Of a stretch of 64,000 nucleotides of DNA, positions 38,201 to 46,910 are shown piece by piece (within the stretch, counting starts at the first letter, position 1; each line of letters starts with the position of its first letter). Under the pieces are notes generated by a model. The model worked only from the letters and a program-made list of their open reading frames with translations, did no database searches and had not been told where the DNA came from. Location: IMG/VR virus record IMGVR_UViG_3300027996_000014, positions 24,209 through 88,208 of that record, one strand, 5' to 3'. The translations under genes were made by a program, and so were the position numbers. Source of the stretch: a virus.

Positions 38201-41200
38201 TTATTACTAGTCATAATTTTAATATGAATATCTATAATAGCATTTTGTCTATGTGCTACGTAAGAACGCTTTAACATTTTTAATTCAGCAACAGCATCAT
38301 TGTATTCTTTTTGAACAGTATTATTTAAATTTTTAAATAAATCAGCTATAAAGTCACTTACTTCTTTCTCATATATATCACTATTTTCAAAGCTTTCTAA
38401 TAAATCTCTTTCCTCTTTATTAAACCCTAAATCTTTTTTAATATCTAAAATAGTTTCTACTACTTCTTTTATTTTCCCGTCAATTACTTTTTTACTTTTT
38501 AAGAAAGTAGTACTAAGTTTTCCATTTGTATAATGAGTATTGTACATGTACGTGTACAATTTATCAACATCAAAATCAGATCCCATTTGAGCAACCCAAT
38601 CTCTTGGCGTTAATAGTAAATCTCCAGATGCTTCTGGTAAAAATCCTACTACTTCAATTGCAGCCATAGAACTCTTTGCTTGATTAGGAATACGGAAACC
38701 AAATAAAGTTAATACTTTTTGAGGTATTTTTTTAAAATCTAATTTACCATCTGTTATAAAATCATTTATATTTAAAATTTGTCCTTTCTCGTCACGTATT
38801 TTAAACGGCAGCATAATTTGAGCAGGTAACATTTTACCTGTAAGCTTACCTTTTGCATCATATTCTGGACGCAAAGGCTGTAATCCTTTAGCAGCATCAT
38901 AATTAGAAGAAAATACTACACCTGATTTAGCTAATTCTGCATCAGCTTCTGCCCCTTCTTTTCTTCTAAATCCTTCTTCAGACCCAAGTACTCCTGATTG
39001 ACCAGGGAATTTTTGTTTAATTACTTTTTTACTAACAATTGAAGTAAGAATGCTTTCAAATTTAGTACTATAAGGAGATGACCATAATGGTATTTTAAAA
39101 TCTGTACCCTCTTCGTTTAATTCTAGTGAATCTAACATATTTCTAGGATATCCCTGCCTAGTCTTTACTTCTTCAATTAATATTTCTTGTAATTTTTCAA
39201 TAGGAATTGATTTACGTGAAACTGGATTACCATCTTCATCATATGTAAGTAGTCCTAGCTTCTCAGCAAGCTTCTCTTGTGCATTACCAAAAAGTTCATG
39301 ATAATAGTTATCATATTCTTTTTTAAGTTGCTCTCCTGTAACTCCTGGCTCTATTTGTAAATCTAAAATATCTGAAAATAAAAGTTTACGAGCTTGTGTT
39401 CCTATATTAACAGAACTTTTACTACGGTCATAAGGTACATCTTGCTGTATTCTAAAGTTAGTTCTTGGTATAAATAATGCGTTGTCTGTTGTAATTTCAA
39501 GGTTATCTAATACGTTCCCATTATTATCAAATACATCTATAGAGCTTTCAATAGCACCTACTTTAGTTGCTGTACCAAAACTAGCTCTAACTGTAATGTT
39601 ACTTTGGCCATTACCCGCATTCTTACTTTCTTTAGTTTCAAATTTTTCTAAAGCTATTCTAATTTTATCAATTTCAAGTTCAGTTGTTAATTGTGGAATT
39701 AATGGAAAACTAGAAGATTTAATATATAATCTTTTATCAATATTTTGTTCAACTGATAAAATATTACCAACATAAACTGGTTTCATCGGCTGAAGTACCA
39801 TTCCTAACTCTTCATGCGATAATTTATTACTTTCTGTAATTCCATTCTTATTTTGAGAATTTATTTTATCTGTAAAATCATTATAATTTTTTTCAGATAA
39901 TCTACCTAGTTGCATAAGTACATATAAATGTTCTTTCCATGTAGTATATTCTTGAGCATCAGCTCCTTCAATATTAGAATAATTCTTCTTAAAATCTTTC
40001 ATTATTCTAGAGAAGTACTTCAACCTAACTGAATCGTCTACATTACTACTATTTAATTTTTTATCATTAAAAAATACTTGATAATATTTATTATTACTAC
40101 TATCAGCTAATTCTAACCCTGGTGCAATATCACCTGCTAATCTTTTACCTAGATTAATAAATGTATCTTCTAAATTTAATTTAAGTATTTGATTACTGTC
40201 CATTTCTGCTACTAATGCAGCTTCTTCAGTAAGTCCTTCTTTTAATAAAGAATCAACTCTATTTTCTTTTGATGTAAATTTAGCATATTGAGCAGGATCA
40301 CCAATAAACAATTTATGTGCTTCAGCGTTTGCTATTAAACTATTAAATACATAATCCATTGCTGCCCACTTAACAGGATTAGTTCCTTTAGCAACATTTT
40401 TCATATATTCTTTGTCCAAGAAACTATTTTTCTCATCTTTATTATTAAGACCAATATTTAATTTATCCCAGTCTTCTAATTTTTTATTAGTTAACTTTTC
40501 AATTATATCATTTAAATGTTCTTTAATGTCACTTTCAACTTCACCTTTATTAATATTATCAGGATTATCTGCTAAAATATCTAATAAATTTCTAGTTTCT
40601 CCATTAAATTCAATTTCTAAAAAGTTTAATGATTCTAATAAATAAAAATAATTTGGTTTGTAACCTTTCACATTAGTAGCTTGATTGTTACTAGTTATTC
40701 TAGCGATCTCAGGCTTTACTAAAGAGTCATATAATGTATCTATATTCTTTTTTGATATTTCTCCTCCTTCTAAATTAAGTTCATGAGATAATGCTTGTAT
40801 AGTAAGCATTGTAGTTTTATCTGACATAGTAGGATAGAAGAAAGAGACTTTTCTTCTTACACTATTATTAAGAATAGTTTTAGAATTATTAAAAAATAAT
40901 CCAAGTTTAGTTACTTCGTGTTCTGCTGCAGTTAAGTTATTTAATTTACGATTATCTTTACTATCAGTATATTGTTTCTTTAATGCTTCTAATGATAAGT
41001 AACCTACACTAAAGTGTTCTCTTGCTAAATCTTTAGATTCTTCATCAGTAATATCATCTAACCATAAACTATATTTAGAAAAAGATATTTTTCTAAGATC
41101 AGCAATTATATCAGCATTTACAAATGTTCCATCTTCATTGTAACTAGTGATATCACGCATTCTATTTATTAATGAATTATTATTACCATAAGAATAAATA

Positions 41201-44200
41201 GTTTTACCACCTGCTTGAAAAGAATTACTAGTAATACTTTTATTATTTGTAGCTTCAATTTTAGCTAATTCTTTAATTACAGTATCTGTAATTATTTTAA
41301 AATTATCTAATAAAATATCTTTATCATTTTTTACACTATCAACTGTTCCTTTTAATTGTTTAGCTATTACATTTACTAATCCATTACTATGTGTAAATAA
41401 TTCTATCCATGTTTTACTTTTACCTTTAGCTTTAAACTTTCCATTTTTTAAATCTTTATATGTTTCATCAGAAACAACAATTCCAAAGTTACCTAACCAT
41501 ATTGCTAAATCATTGAATGAAATATCATTAGGATTATTTTTCCATTCTGTAGCTTGATTAATCAAATTGTTTGCTACTTCTCTATTGACTATATATTCTT
41601 TATCATTATTTACAGTAACTAAATTACTTTGTGTAAATGTACCTTTGAGATTAGAATTCCATATTGTTCTTAATTTATTTTCAATCGATGAAGCATTAGA
41701 TGACCAATTTTGAAGAGTATAGTTTCCTTTTCCATCTCTACTCCACATTACAAATGACATATTTATATTATGCTTAGTCATATCTGAAGTAAATTCATTT
41801 TTGATTTTTTGTGAAGCATTTTCTAGTTTATCAATAACTGATTTTAATGATAAATTCTTTTTAGCATGAACTTTTAATATTTTAATAAGTAATTTAAAAT
41901 CAGAAGGTTTATTTGCTAATATTCTATGTAATTCATTATATAACTCATCAAAATTAATCATTTCTGGTAAACCTATTAAGTTCACTACTGGACCTTTTTC
42001 GTTAACTGCTTGAATAGCACTAAAAAACTTTTTAAATTCTGCAGAAGCATTATTTTTAGAATCAATTGTATATTTCCATTCATCAGAATGAATAACATCT
42101 CCTAATCCTGATTCATCTTCTTGTTCAGTTGTAGGTAATTCTTGAACTATACCTGTATTTAATAATGATAAGTTTTGGTTAACTAATCTACTAACTTTTG
42201 AAAATTGTTTTACTACAGCTTCAATTTTAGCAGCAGTATTTACTAATCCATTATCTTTATAAAACTGAGCTGTTTTACTTAAAGCATCTAATTCTTTTTT
42301 TAATATTTGCTTAGTGTTAATTTTACCTTTTTTATTTTTCTTTTTTGCTTCAATTCCAGCATTAATAATTACTGATGAAAGATATGTAATTGTAGATTGT
42401 TGAGTTCTAGGATCAAGACCAATAATAAGATTTTTATTAATAGCTCTTTTTTGAGCTTTTATTTGAGCATCACGATCTTCTTGAGTTTGTCCTTCAGCTA
42501 ATTGATCTTTATTTAAATAATTAGGAACTAAGTCATCTGATTCATTTTCATCTTCATCATTTAAGTCATTTAAAGCATCTAAATCATCATCAGTCATTTC
42601 TGCTGAATCAGTTGTAGTACCATCAATAATTATATCTTTATTATTTATTGTAGTACTTTTAATATCTCTTAATAATTCAAGAGCACCATTAACTAATTTT
42701 TTACCTTTTTCAGTTATATCTGGAGAAGTAAGTTGTTCTTCTAATTCAGAAATAGTGCTATTTTTTGCTAATAACATACTTGAAACTTCTTCACTTATTT
42801 CATTTTCTACATCAATTTCTGTTTCAACTTCACTAGTTTGTTTTGCTGGTTTTGTTTGCTGTAATGGGTCTAAAGATTCTTTCTTTTCAAGAGGAGTGTT
42901 TGGTTTATTAGCAATCTTACTTACTTTCTTACCTTTTGCAAATGCATCATCAAATGTAATTGAAGGTTGAATAGTATATCCCCATTTAGGTTCTGCTTCA
43001 GTTCCTATATTAACAGATATAAGTTTAGTTTGATAAGATTTTTTAAGATATTCAGAATATGTTTCAGATACTACTTCATTATCATCGTTGATAAGAACAG
43101 CTACTCCAGCACTTGCTAGTGTTAAAGTCTCTTTATCAGCATTAACTAGCATTTTTTTTAATATCTCTTCTAATTGTAATAAAGATTTTCTATTTGATTC
43201 AGGTTGATTTTTGTTAAAATTAGGAGAAATTACGGCTGCACTTTTACCTTTCGGAGCAGAAGTCATATCAACTCCTGGTCTACCAAACTCAATACCACTA
43301 CCAGTAACCGTTAACAAAGGAATACTACTGTTACCCTCAGCATAATTACTAAGCATTGAATCTAATCCATCTTCACCTTTAGTATTTACTATATGTATAA
43401 ATTGAGAAAGATATTTTCTAATTCCTTTTGTTTCAGTAATATCTACACCTAAGTTACTTTCTAATATTTTTTTTACAATAGGATTAGTAGTATCTTTTGT
43501 CATATATATCTCAACTGCTTTCATTACAGAATCAATAGCTTCTTTACCCAACATAGTTCTTTCTAAAGGAATAGCCAGTCTTTCTTTGGGCCCTATTTGA
43601 ACAATTATATATAATCTTCCATCTTTAGGTTTATTATTGTTAATAATATTATCCTTATCTACTTTATTAGTACCAGCTTGAAAATTATACGCACCATCTT
43701 TACCAATAGCTAATTTTAAATTAGGATCAGGCATTGCTTCGGCAACACTCATTGATTTTCCAGTATGGTTTCTAATTAATCTACCAAAACTTTTATATGT
43801 AATTTGAGTATTAACTTTTCCTTTTTCTATTACTTTATTTCTAATTGCTTCTAAGGCAGCTTTATCTTCAGCTATACCTTCTTGAGTATTGTCAATATTT
43901 TCACTTCTTATCCAAGCTGTATCATGAACATACGCAACATATTCTCCACCTTTAGTCTTAATAACTATTGGAACTTCAGCTCTATATTCAGGAGAGTTCT
44001 TATAAGTATCAATAGTATATTTTGCTATTATTTCTTTTAATCTATCTTGCCATAAAACTTTTTCTCTAGTTGAAGAAGTAGGGTCAAATACTTCACCTTC
44101 ATAATCTTCTTCAACTTCTAATACTATTTTAGTACCTTTTGTAAATTTGTTAGGATCTAATAAATGTACATTATCAACATCATCAGTAAATTCTTCTCTA

Positions 44201-46863
44201 TTTACAATACCAGCTTCTTCACTTTGATCAAATTCTCTTGAAGTAAAAGCAAATTTATTACTACCAGTATCACTTTTTTCATAATTATATACAAGATTTC
44301 CATTTTCATCTATATCAATAGATAATTCAGTATCACCAGTAGAAACATCATTAATAGCATCACCTACTTCTTTTTCTACATCACTTTTTTCAGTTTTATT
44401 ATTAGGAATTTCTTTTGAAAGATTAGAAGTAGTACTATCAAATTCATCAGAAGTAGGATCTCCTGGAGTAAATGCACTCAATCCATCATTATTCCCTATT
44501 GTTTCACCTCTCTCTAATTTTCCAGCTTGATCTATAATTTTATCTTTTAATCTAGCTATTGCTTTTTGAGAAATTTTTGAAACATCTTGATTTTCTATTT
44601 TTTTTTTAAGAGCTTCTAATTTTTCAGTTGAATCAGCATTATTAATTTTATTAGCAAATTTAGTTTCAATTGCATCTTTTTTTTCTTGTATTTTATTTTT
44701 TTGATTTTCAGTTTTTAATTGCTTAATTTTTGCATAAGCTTTTTTAATAAATGCTTCATCTTTAGTTTCAGCAATCATATTGTTTATTTCAGATATAGAA
44801 GTACTTTCTTTTAATTTCTCTGTATACTCTTTAACAATTGCTTTCTTTTCATTTTCTGCTTTAACAGTAGCTTGATACTTTTTACTAGTTATTTTTTCAA
44901 ATTCAGTAGATATTTTATTTAATGCAGCATCAGTAGCTTCTTTAATAATTTCATTATTAAGACTTTCTTTATATTCTTTAGTAGCTTGTAATTCTTTTAA
45001 AAATTTATCGTAAGTAGCTTTATTTTCAGTTGATTCATAAGGATTAACTTCAATATTAGATGAATCAAAAGTTAATGGAGCATCATCATAAAAAGTCTCA
45101 GTAGATTTTTCTCCATTTTTTGTTATTAATACATCTCTTTTTTTACTAATTCTATATTTATTAGCTAAGTTCTTTCTTACTTCAGATAATTTATTATCAT
45201 TTTCAAACTTTTCTGCTTCATATATAGCAGCTTGTCTACTAGTTCTAATATTATTAGCACGATTAAAGAAAACTTCATTTACATTTTCAAGTTCTTCATA
45301 ATTATTATAAACATCTTCTAATTGTTTAAGATCTTTTAATGCTTTTTTAGCATTATCAATATGCTCTTGACCTACTTCATCAACATTTTTACGAGATTCT
45401 TCTTTATATAGATCTTCTAAGATTGAACTAATTCCTGTAGAAAATGCTGTGAATGCTTGATTTTCAAACATTTCGTCTTTTAATGTATCATATGCAGCTT
45501 GATCTCCATTAATAATAGCTTCTTTTAATTTTTCTTCAAAAATTATTCTATCTTTTATAGACTTCATTGCATCAGTAATATTAACACCTTCTTTTGTTAA
45601 TGTTTCAATTGCTTTTTGTTGTTTATTATATTTATTTTTTTGATCAGTAGCGTAACTAATTTTATTACCATCAGCATCTGTAGTAGAACCTACACCACCT
45701 TTAATATTTTGTAATATTTTTGTACCTCCAGTCTGAGCAATACCACCTAATGCACCTAAAAAGGCTGCTTCAAAGCCTTCCATTGTACCCATATCATTCA
45801 TAGCATCATTGAAAGAATAATCTTCATCTTTACCTGCAGCTAAACCTGCTTTAGATGCAACATGATTAATTAATTCTTCCATTGCTTCTTGACCACCTTC
45901 AAGTGCTAATTCTTTAAATGTTTTTCCTAGAGTAGGATTTTGTATGAGTCTATTGCTAAAACTTCTTGGTCTAAGAAAAGCTTTTGCAGAAGTAAGATTT
46001 AATAATATATTAATTCTATTAAGATTCATTGTAGTACTAGCAGCAGTTGCAGCTTTAGATCTAGCTTCTTTTTCACTAATACCAGTTGTATTTATTGCAT
46101 TTTCATAAGTAGTATTATATACATCAGTAGCTTCCATTACAGCTTCTGCTTGATTAAGCATTGTAGCAGTCATTAATGTTTCAGCTCCACCTATAACACC
46201 TTTAGCTACTTTTGCGCTACTAATAGCTTTTACTAATTTTTGAGCTCTAGCAGCTTTAAGTGCCCACGGTACTACTTTACCAACACCTGCACCTAACGCT
46301 AAAAATGAACCAATTGAAGTAACTAATCCTTCACCTCTTGACATCCACCATGCCCAATCTTGCATTTGCATTGATGCGTTTGGATTTTCTTCATAAATAG
46401 GCATTGCTTCTTGAGACCATTCTTGTACACTATTAGCCCAATTAACAATCTCATTTTGAGCAGCATGTTCTGCATCCCAATAACCTGGAATATCTAACAT
46501 TGAAGCTGCACCAGACATAATCTGAGGAATAATATTAGTACCTACTCTTTTAATAGCATTTCCTGCTTGTTCCCAATTATATTGGTTATTTGCACGTATA
46601 TCATTTAATTCACTAAATGTATACTGTCCTCCTCTTAAAGTACGATCATTTACATAATCTTCATACGGATCAAATGTAGATGTTAGAACAGGACTGTAAT
46701 TACTTGTGAGAGTATTTTGTTCAACATCTGTAAATGAAGGTTTTACATCTGAAGTATAGTATTTATTTTCAGCTATTCTTTTATCAGAAACTTTTTTATT
46801 ATTTTTTGCAAAAGATGATAATTCTTCATCATTATTAACAGTACTAATTCTTTTTTTACTCAT
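32263..46863 (-). CDS. giant virion RNA polymerase polyprotein (4866 aa) with zincin, SLOG-like, macro-like and SF1B helicase domains
   Basis: FRIPNQ and GSDFDVDK (38563-38577) double-psi-barrel catalytic motifs as in phi14:2 gp66; AHETIH zincin; C-terminal GAAGTGKT/DEVSM/GDILQ/TIHKAQGST/YVALSRA. Confidence 0.9.
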   Translation of the reverse strand: MSKKRISTVNNDEELSSFAKNNKKVSDKRIAENKYYTSDVKPSFTDVEQNTLTSNYSPVLTSTFDPYEDYVNDRTLRGGQYTFSELNDIRANNQYNWEQAGNAIKRVGTNIIPQIMSGAASMLDIPGYWDAEHAAQNEIVNWANSVQEWSQEAMPIYEENPNASMQMQDWAWWMSRGEGLVTSIGSFLALGAGVGKVVPWALKAARAQKLVKAISSAKVAKGVIGGAETLMTATMLNQAEAVMEATDVYNTTYENAINTTGISEKEARSKAATAASTTMNLNRINILLNLTSAKAFLRPRSFSNRLIQNPTLGKTFKELALEGGQEAMEELINHVASKAGLAAGKDEDYSFNDAMNDMGTMEGFEAAFLGALGGIAQTGGTKILQNIKGGVGSTTDADGNKISYATDQKNKYNKQQKAIETLTKEGVNITDAMKSIKDRIIFEEKLKEAIINGDQAAYDTLKDEMFENQAFTAFSTGISSILEDLYKEESRKNVDEVGQEHIDNAKKALKDLKQLEDVYNNYEELENVNEVFFNRANNIRTSRQAAIYEAEKFENDNKLSEVRKNLANKYRISKKRDVLITKNGEKSTETFYDDAPLTFDSSNIEVNPYESTENKATYDKFLKELQATKEYKESLNNEIIKEATDAALNKISTEFEKITSKKYQATVKAENEKKAIVKEYTEKLKESTSISEINNMIAETKDEAFIKKAYAKIKQLKTENQKNKIQEKKDAIETKFANKINNADSTEKLEALKKKIENQDVSKISQKAIARLKDKIIDQAGKLERGETIGNNDGLSAFTPGDPTSDEFDSTTSNLSKEIPNNKTEKSDVEKEVGDAINDVSTGDTELSIDIDENGNLVYNYEKSDTGSNKFAFTSREFDQSEEAGIVNREEFTDDVDNVHLLDPNKFTKGTKIVLEVEEDYEGEVFDPTSSTREKVLWQDRLKEIIAKYTIDTYKNSPEYRAEVPIVIKTKGGEYVAYVHDTAWIRSENIDNTQEGIAEDKAALEAIRNKVIEKGKVNTQITYKSFGRLIRNHTGKSMSVAEAMPDPNLKLAIGKDGAYNFQAGTNKVDKDNIINNNKPKDGRLYIIVQIGPKERLAIPLERTMLGKEAIDSVMKAVEIYMTKDTTNPIVKKILESNLGVDITETKGIRKYLSQFIHIVNTKGEDGLDSMLSNYAEGNSSIPLLTVTGSGIEFGRPGVDMTSAPKGKSAAVISPNFNKNQPESNRKSLLQLEEILKKMLVNADKETLTLASAGVAVLINDDNEVVSETYSEYLKKSYQTKLISVNIGTEAEPKWGYTIQPSITFDDAFAKGKKVSKIANKPNTPLEKKESLDPLQQTKPAKQTSEVETEIDVENEISEEVSSMLLAKNSTISELEEQLTSPDITEKGKKLVNGALELLRDIKSTTINNKDIIIDGTTTDSAEMTDDDLDALNDLNDEDENESDDLVPNYLNKDQLAEGQTQEDRDAQIKAQKRAINKNLIIGLDPRTQQSTITYLSSVIINAGIEAKKKNKKGKINTKQILKKELDALSKTAQFYKDNGLVNTAAKIEAVVKQFSKVSRLVNQNLSLLNTGIVQELPTTEQEDESGLGDVIHSDEWKYTIDSKNNASAEFKKFFSAIQAVNEKGPVVNLIGLPEMINFDELYNELHRILANKPSDFKLLIKILKVHAKKNLSLKSVIDKLENASQKIKNEFTSDMTKHNINMSFVMWSRDGKGNYTLQNWSSNASSIENKLRTIWNSNLKGTFTQSNLVTVNNDKEYIVNREVANNLINQATEWKNNPNDISFNDLAIWLGNFGIVVSDETYKDLKNGKFKAKGKSKTWIELFTHSNGLVNVIAKQLKGTVDSVKNDKDILLDNFKIITDTVIKELAKIEATNNKSITSNSFQAGGKTIYSYGNNNSLINRMRDITSYNEDGTFVNADIIADLRKISFSKYSLWLDDITDEESKDLAREHFSVGYLSLEALKKQYTDSKDNRKLNNLTAAEHEVTKLGLFFNNSKTILNNSVRRKVSFFYPTMSDKTTMLTIQALSHELNLEGGEISKKNIDTLYDSLVKPEIARITSNNQATNVKGYKPNYFYLLESLNFLEIEFNGETRNLLDILADNPDNINKGEVESDIKEHLNDIIEKLTNKKLEDWDKLNIGLNNKDEKNSFLDKEYMKNVAKGTNPVKWAAMDYVFNSLIANAEAHKLFIGDPAQYAKFTSKENRVDSLLKEGLTEEAALVAEMDSNQILKLNLEDTFINLGKRLAGDIAPGLELADSSNNKYYQVFFNDKKLNSSNVDDSVRLKYFSRIMKDFKKNYSNIEGADAQEYTTWKEHLYVLMQLGRLSEKNYNDFTDKINSQNKNGITESNKLSHEELGMVLQPMKPVYVGNILSVEQNIDKRLYIKSSSFPLIPQLTTELEIDKIRIALEKFETKESKNAGNGQSNITVRASFGTATKVGAIESSIDVFDNNGNVLDNLEITTDNALFIPRTNFRIQQDVPYDRSKSSVNIGTQARKLLFSDILDLQIEPGVTGEQLKKEYDNYYHELFGNAQEKLAEKLGLLTYDEDGNPVSRKSIPIEKLQEILIEEVKTRQGYPRNMLDSLELNEEGTDFKIPLWSSPYSTKFESILTSIVSKKVIKQKFPGQSGVLGSEEGFRRKEGAEADAELAKSGVVFSSNYDAAKGLQPLRPEYDAKGKLTGKMLPAQIMLPFKIRDEKGQILNINDFITDGKLDFKKIPQKVLTLFGFRIPNQAKSSMAAIEVVGFLPEASGDLLLTPRDWVAQMGSDFDVDKLYTYMYNTHYTNGKLSTTFLKSKKVIDGKIKEVVETILDIKKDLGFNKEERDLLESFENSDIYEKEVSDFIADLFKNLNNTVQKEYNDAVAELKMLKRSYVAHRQNAIIDIHIKIMTSNNPEIIAMNMDIDSFGEFKNIADKVNKIRKDNGELEERVTILSDAYQRNKFINATSGKNGVGAFSLDSSFVTITQGKELTILNLSEEDTKFLFKKGAKPSQSSILTYNNNIATFGNITSKGDLSNKYTLRSQQIIQNAKIAKRELTKDEKSSLKLKSNIVKSLQSTAVDNEKAQILDKLNINNETFDAIRAMVSLGFEETEISGLITQPIIWEYIEELTNSRSSLAPFVQDVESVIYDNLLLKYDKSNRLVNEHDLSHLENQSGEELLENLKSKLVISKNTTSDFNIKQLLLVEKFRNLTEIGKEIKKIQSAVNTEAKGLPTSLTENNFKVKQVNNLSNHSIYNADKLMGEYDKNGLVTPTTINGFAAKYGAMFANTIYEKYFPYQQLGVSLVNQEIQNHIPRGSDLSSVKQMEIFNKIFKGIRSFMFNNTNTNLMTYDPNIERNRLFVDVPGTNLSLATILNQLSGEQWYRENNFLNKLEPDPKIDGTISRINFDAATAENYDESNIYDGFLYLLKSESKIGVFNGIDYTMRMLAQELILAAYLEGGNQGAKQYLKYIPVVYLQNMNFGKSLSESSLSFTNTFNGHLDENGEPSYSIPSGFTKQFFQNNPDLLRTIKIDEIDSKEDIPSSFTIKDTKKSMYTYEEFDTVSPIKFLSIKLSRSKAGFAIYEYNDETNKYEMIPMLKGEYGFVQYNSQSFDNNNSIVHPAHKKSPIKVTPVEKFTPNIINNENDKAVNKIKITTKETGNKAFKSLMNKLITNDNVNSYNRELLDMLNQIEGNDKLELNFINEVNAGVAQYVNGKITLNLNKKSGLGVALDNSNNSIIASAFAHETIHGYTSDLIYKYEEGNLDQLTKAQITIIENLKNLQKQYIDALIKKEGKDGIDSWTRKYWTWKWRKDNVDGSDKVLNVDEQTSLANYLDKHNLDIGINLPSVDFSDSKNLSKYYGTVKLQEFVTMALTDKGFQERLNEITDVNAKPFWTKLVDMLIELLETMGFNINPDSLLPAAIEESLNLIKSNNKESDVTSTQPVSEINSPSEFTNHSGGAKGGDTAWDKIGREYRVVKHNHYREPGATELDSPELKGVKPVNLSQKDYDEGQKKVTIAARQMGRIAPTHQVRSNYMIRNWAQVKYSDAVYAVGTIIDKDSVMNHGKIAKIPQVKGGTGYAVQMAINEGKTVYVYDGTKDSWFEWVKEVHLDPETNSLLGGFVPANTPTLTKNFAGIGSRSLSSTEVWKKSDQAIRDVYKKTFSQPANEVIKSNLISTPKIEVVNRYTSADLKANPDKIYVFGDNTQRKGTGGQAQIRNNENAFGIATKLQPNNNASAFMSDNDLQSNKNVIDSDIAKIKADGRSLVFPKDGFGTGLAKLKEKAPQTYTYLKQRLQEEFGFNNDTGAISTQPSTQPSNETNPEVKENKFTYKNRTIDTDFTLTEGQDKALTRLAEFVENSNSKKAITLQGAAGTGKTAVIGYLQKLLPNTTFVYLAPTHAATTELASATVKAGNKELPMTIASAIGESKNRITGVKESVLRKKLTDKFGYSDNIMVIDEVSMLSNKDYKILQDAIKNYNVKVIFMGDILQIPEVDVSNPVVKQVSKSFSTPEQILLTEVKRTDDDKILQLLTELRKNTNGKIPRLENSNKLKYLASTEFNNLLVETFKAEPEESTLISYTNKGVTASNLRIRKTLGRVGDLIPGDIIVGYAGYNSKQIEKQNIANSMKYTITKTEKIGSAYSIEATSKKLEELEKLGIKKVSKYASGKYLQLSENDSFIFDELNEEDFQNNNKEISNVMSKLHSAKQAALANNRMWGAYYSAVESTSKYFENTLIGGDYIYNPSTKKMEKYNYLIHKGIANELRVSKAIDFGHAVTIHKAQGSTIKNVFFETDTLPRGNSSILKQDAKIIGSEKHSLIYVALSRASKLLVINTSNPEHFSSPTFKPTSIKPLNLERLNEIKKNDNTPTNLGADDLISVQDMEFERQFEEFLLTC

Positions 46864-46875
46864 ATTATAGATGTA

Positions 46876-46900
46876 AAATATTTACGAATTTACGAAAAAT
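46876..46900 (-). promoter_or_regulatory. possible Bacteroidota-type promoter for the RNAP gene
   Basis: TTTTCG-TAAATTCG on the - strand resembles the TAnnTTTG -7 box. Confidence 0.3.
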
Positions 46901-46910
46901 ATATTAATTA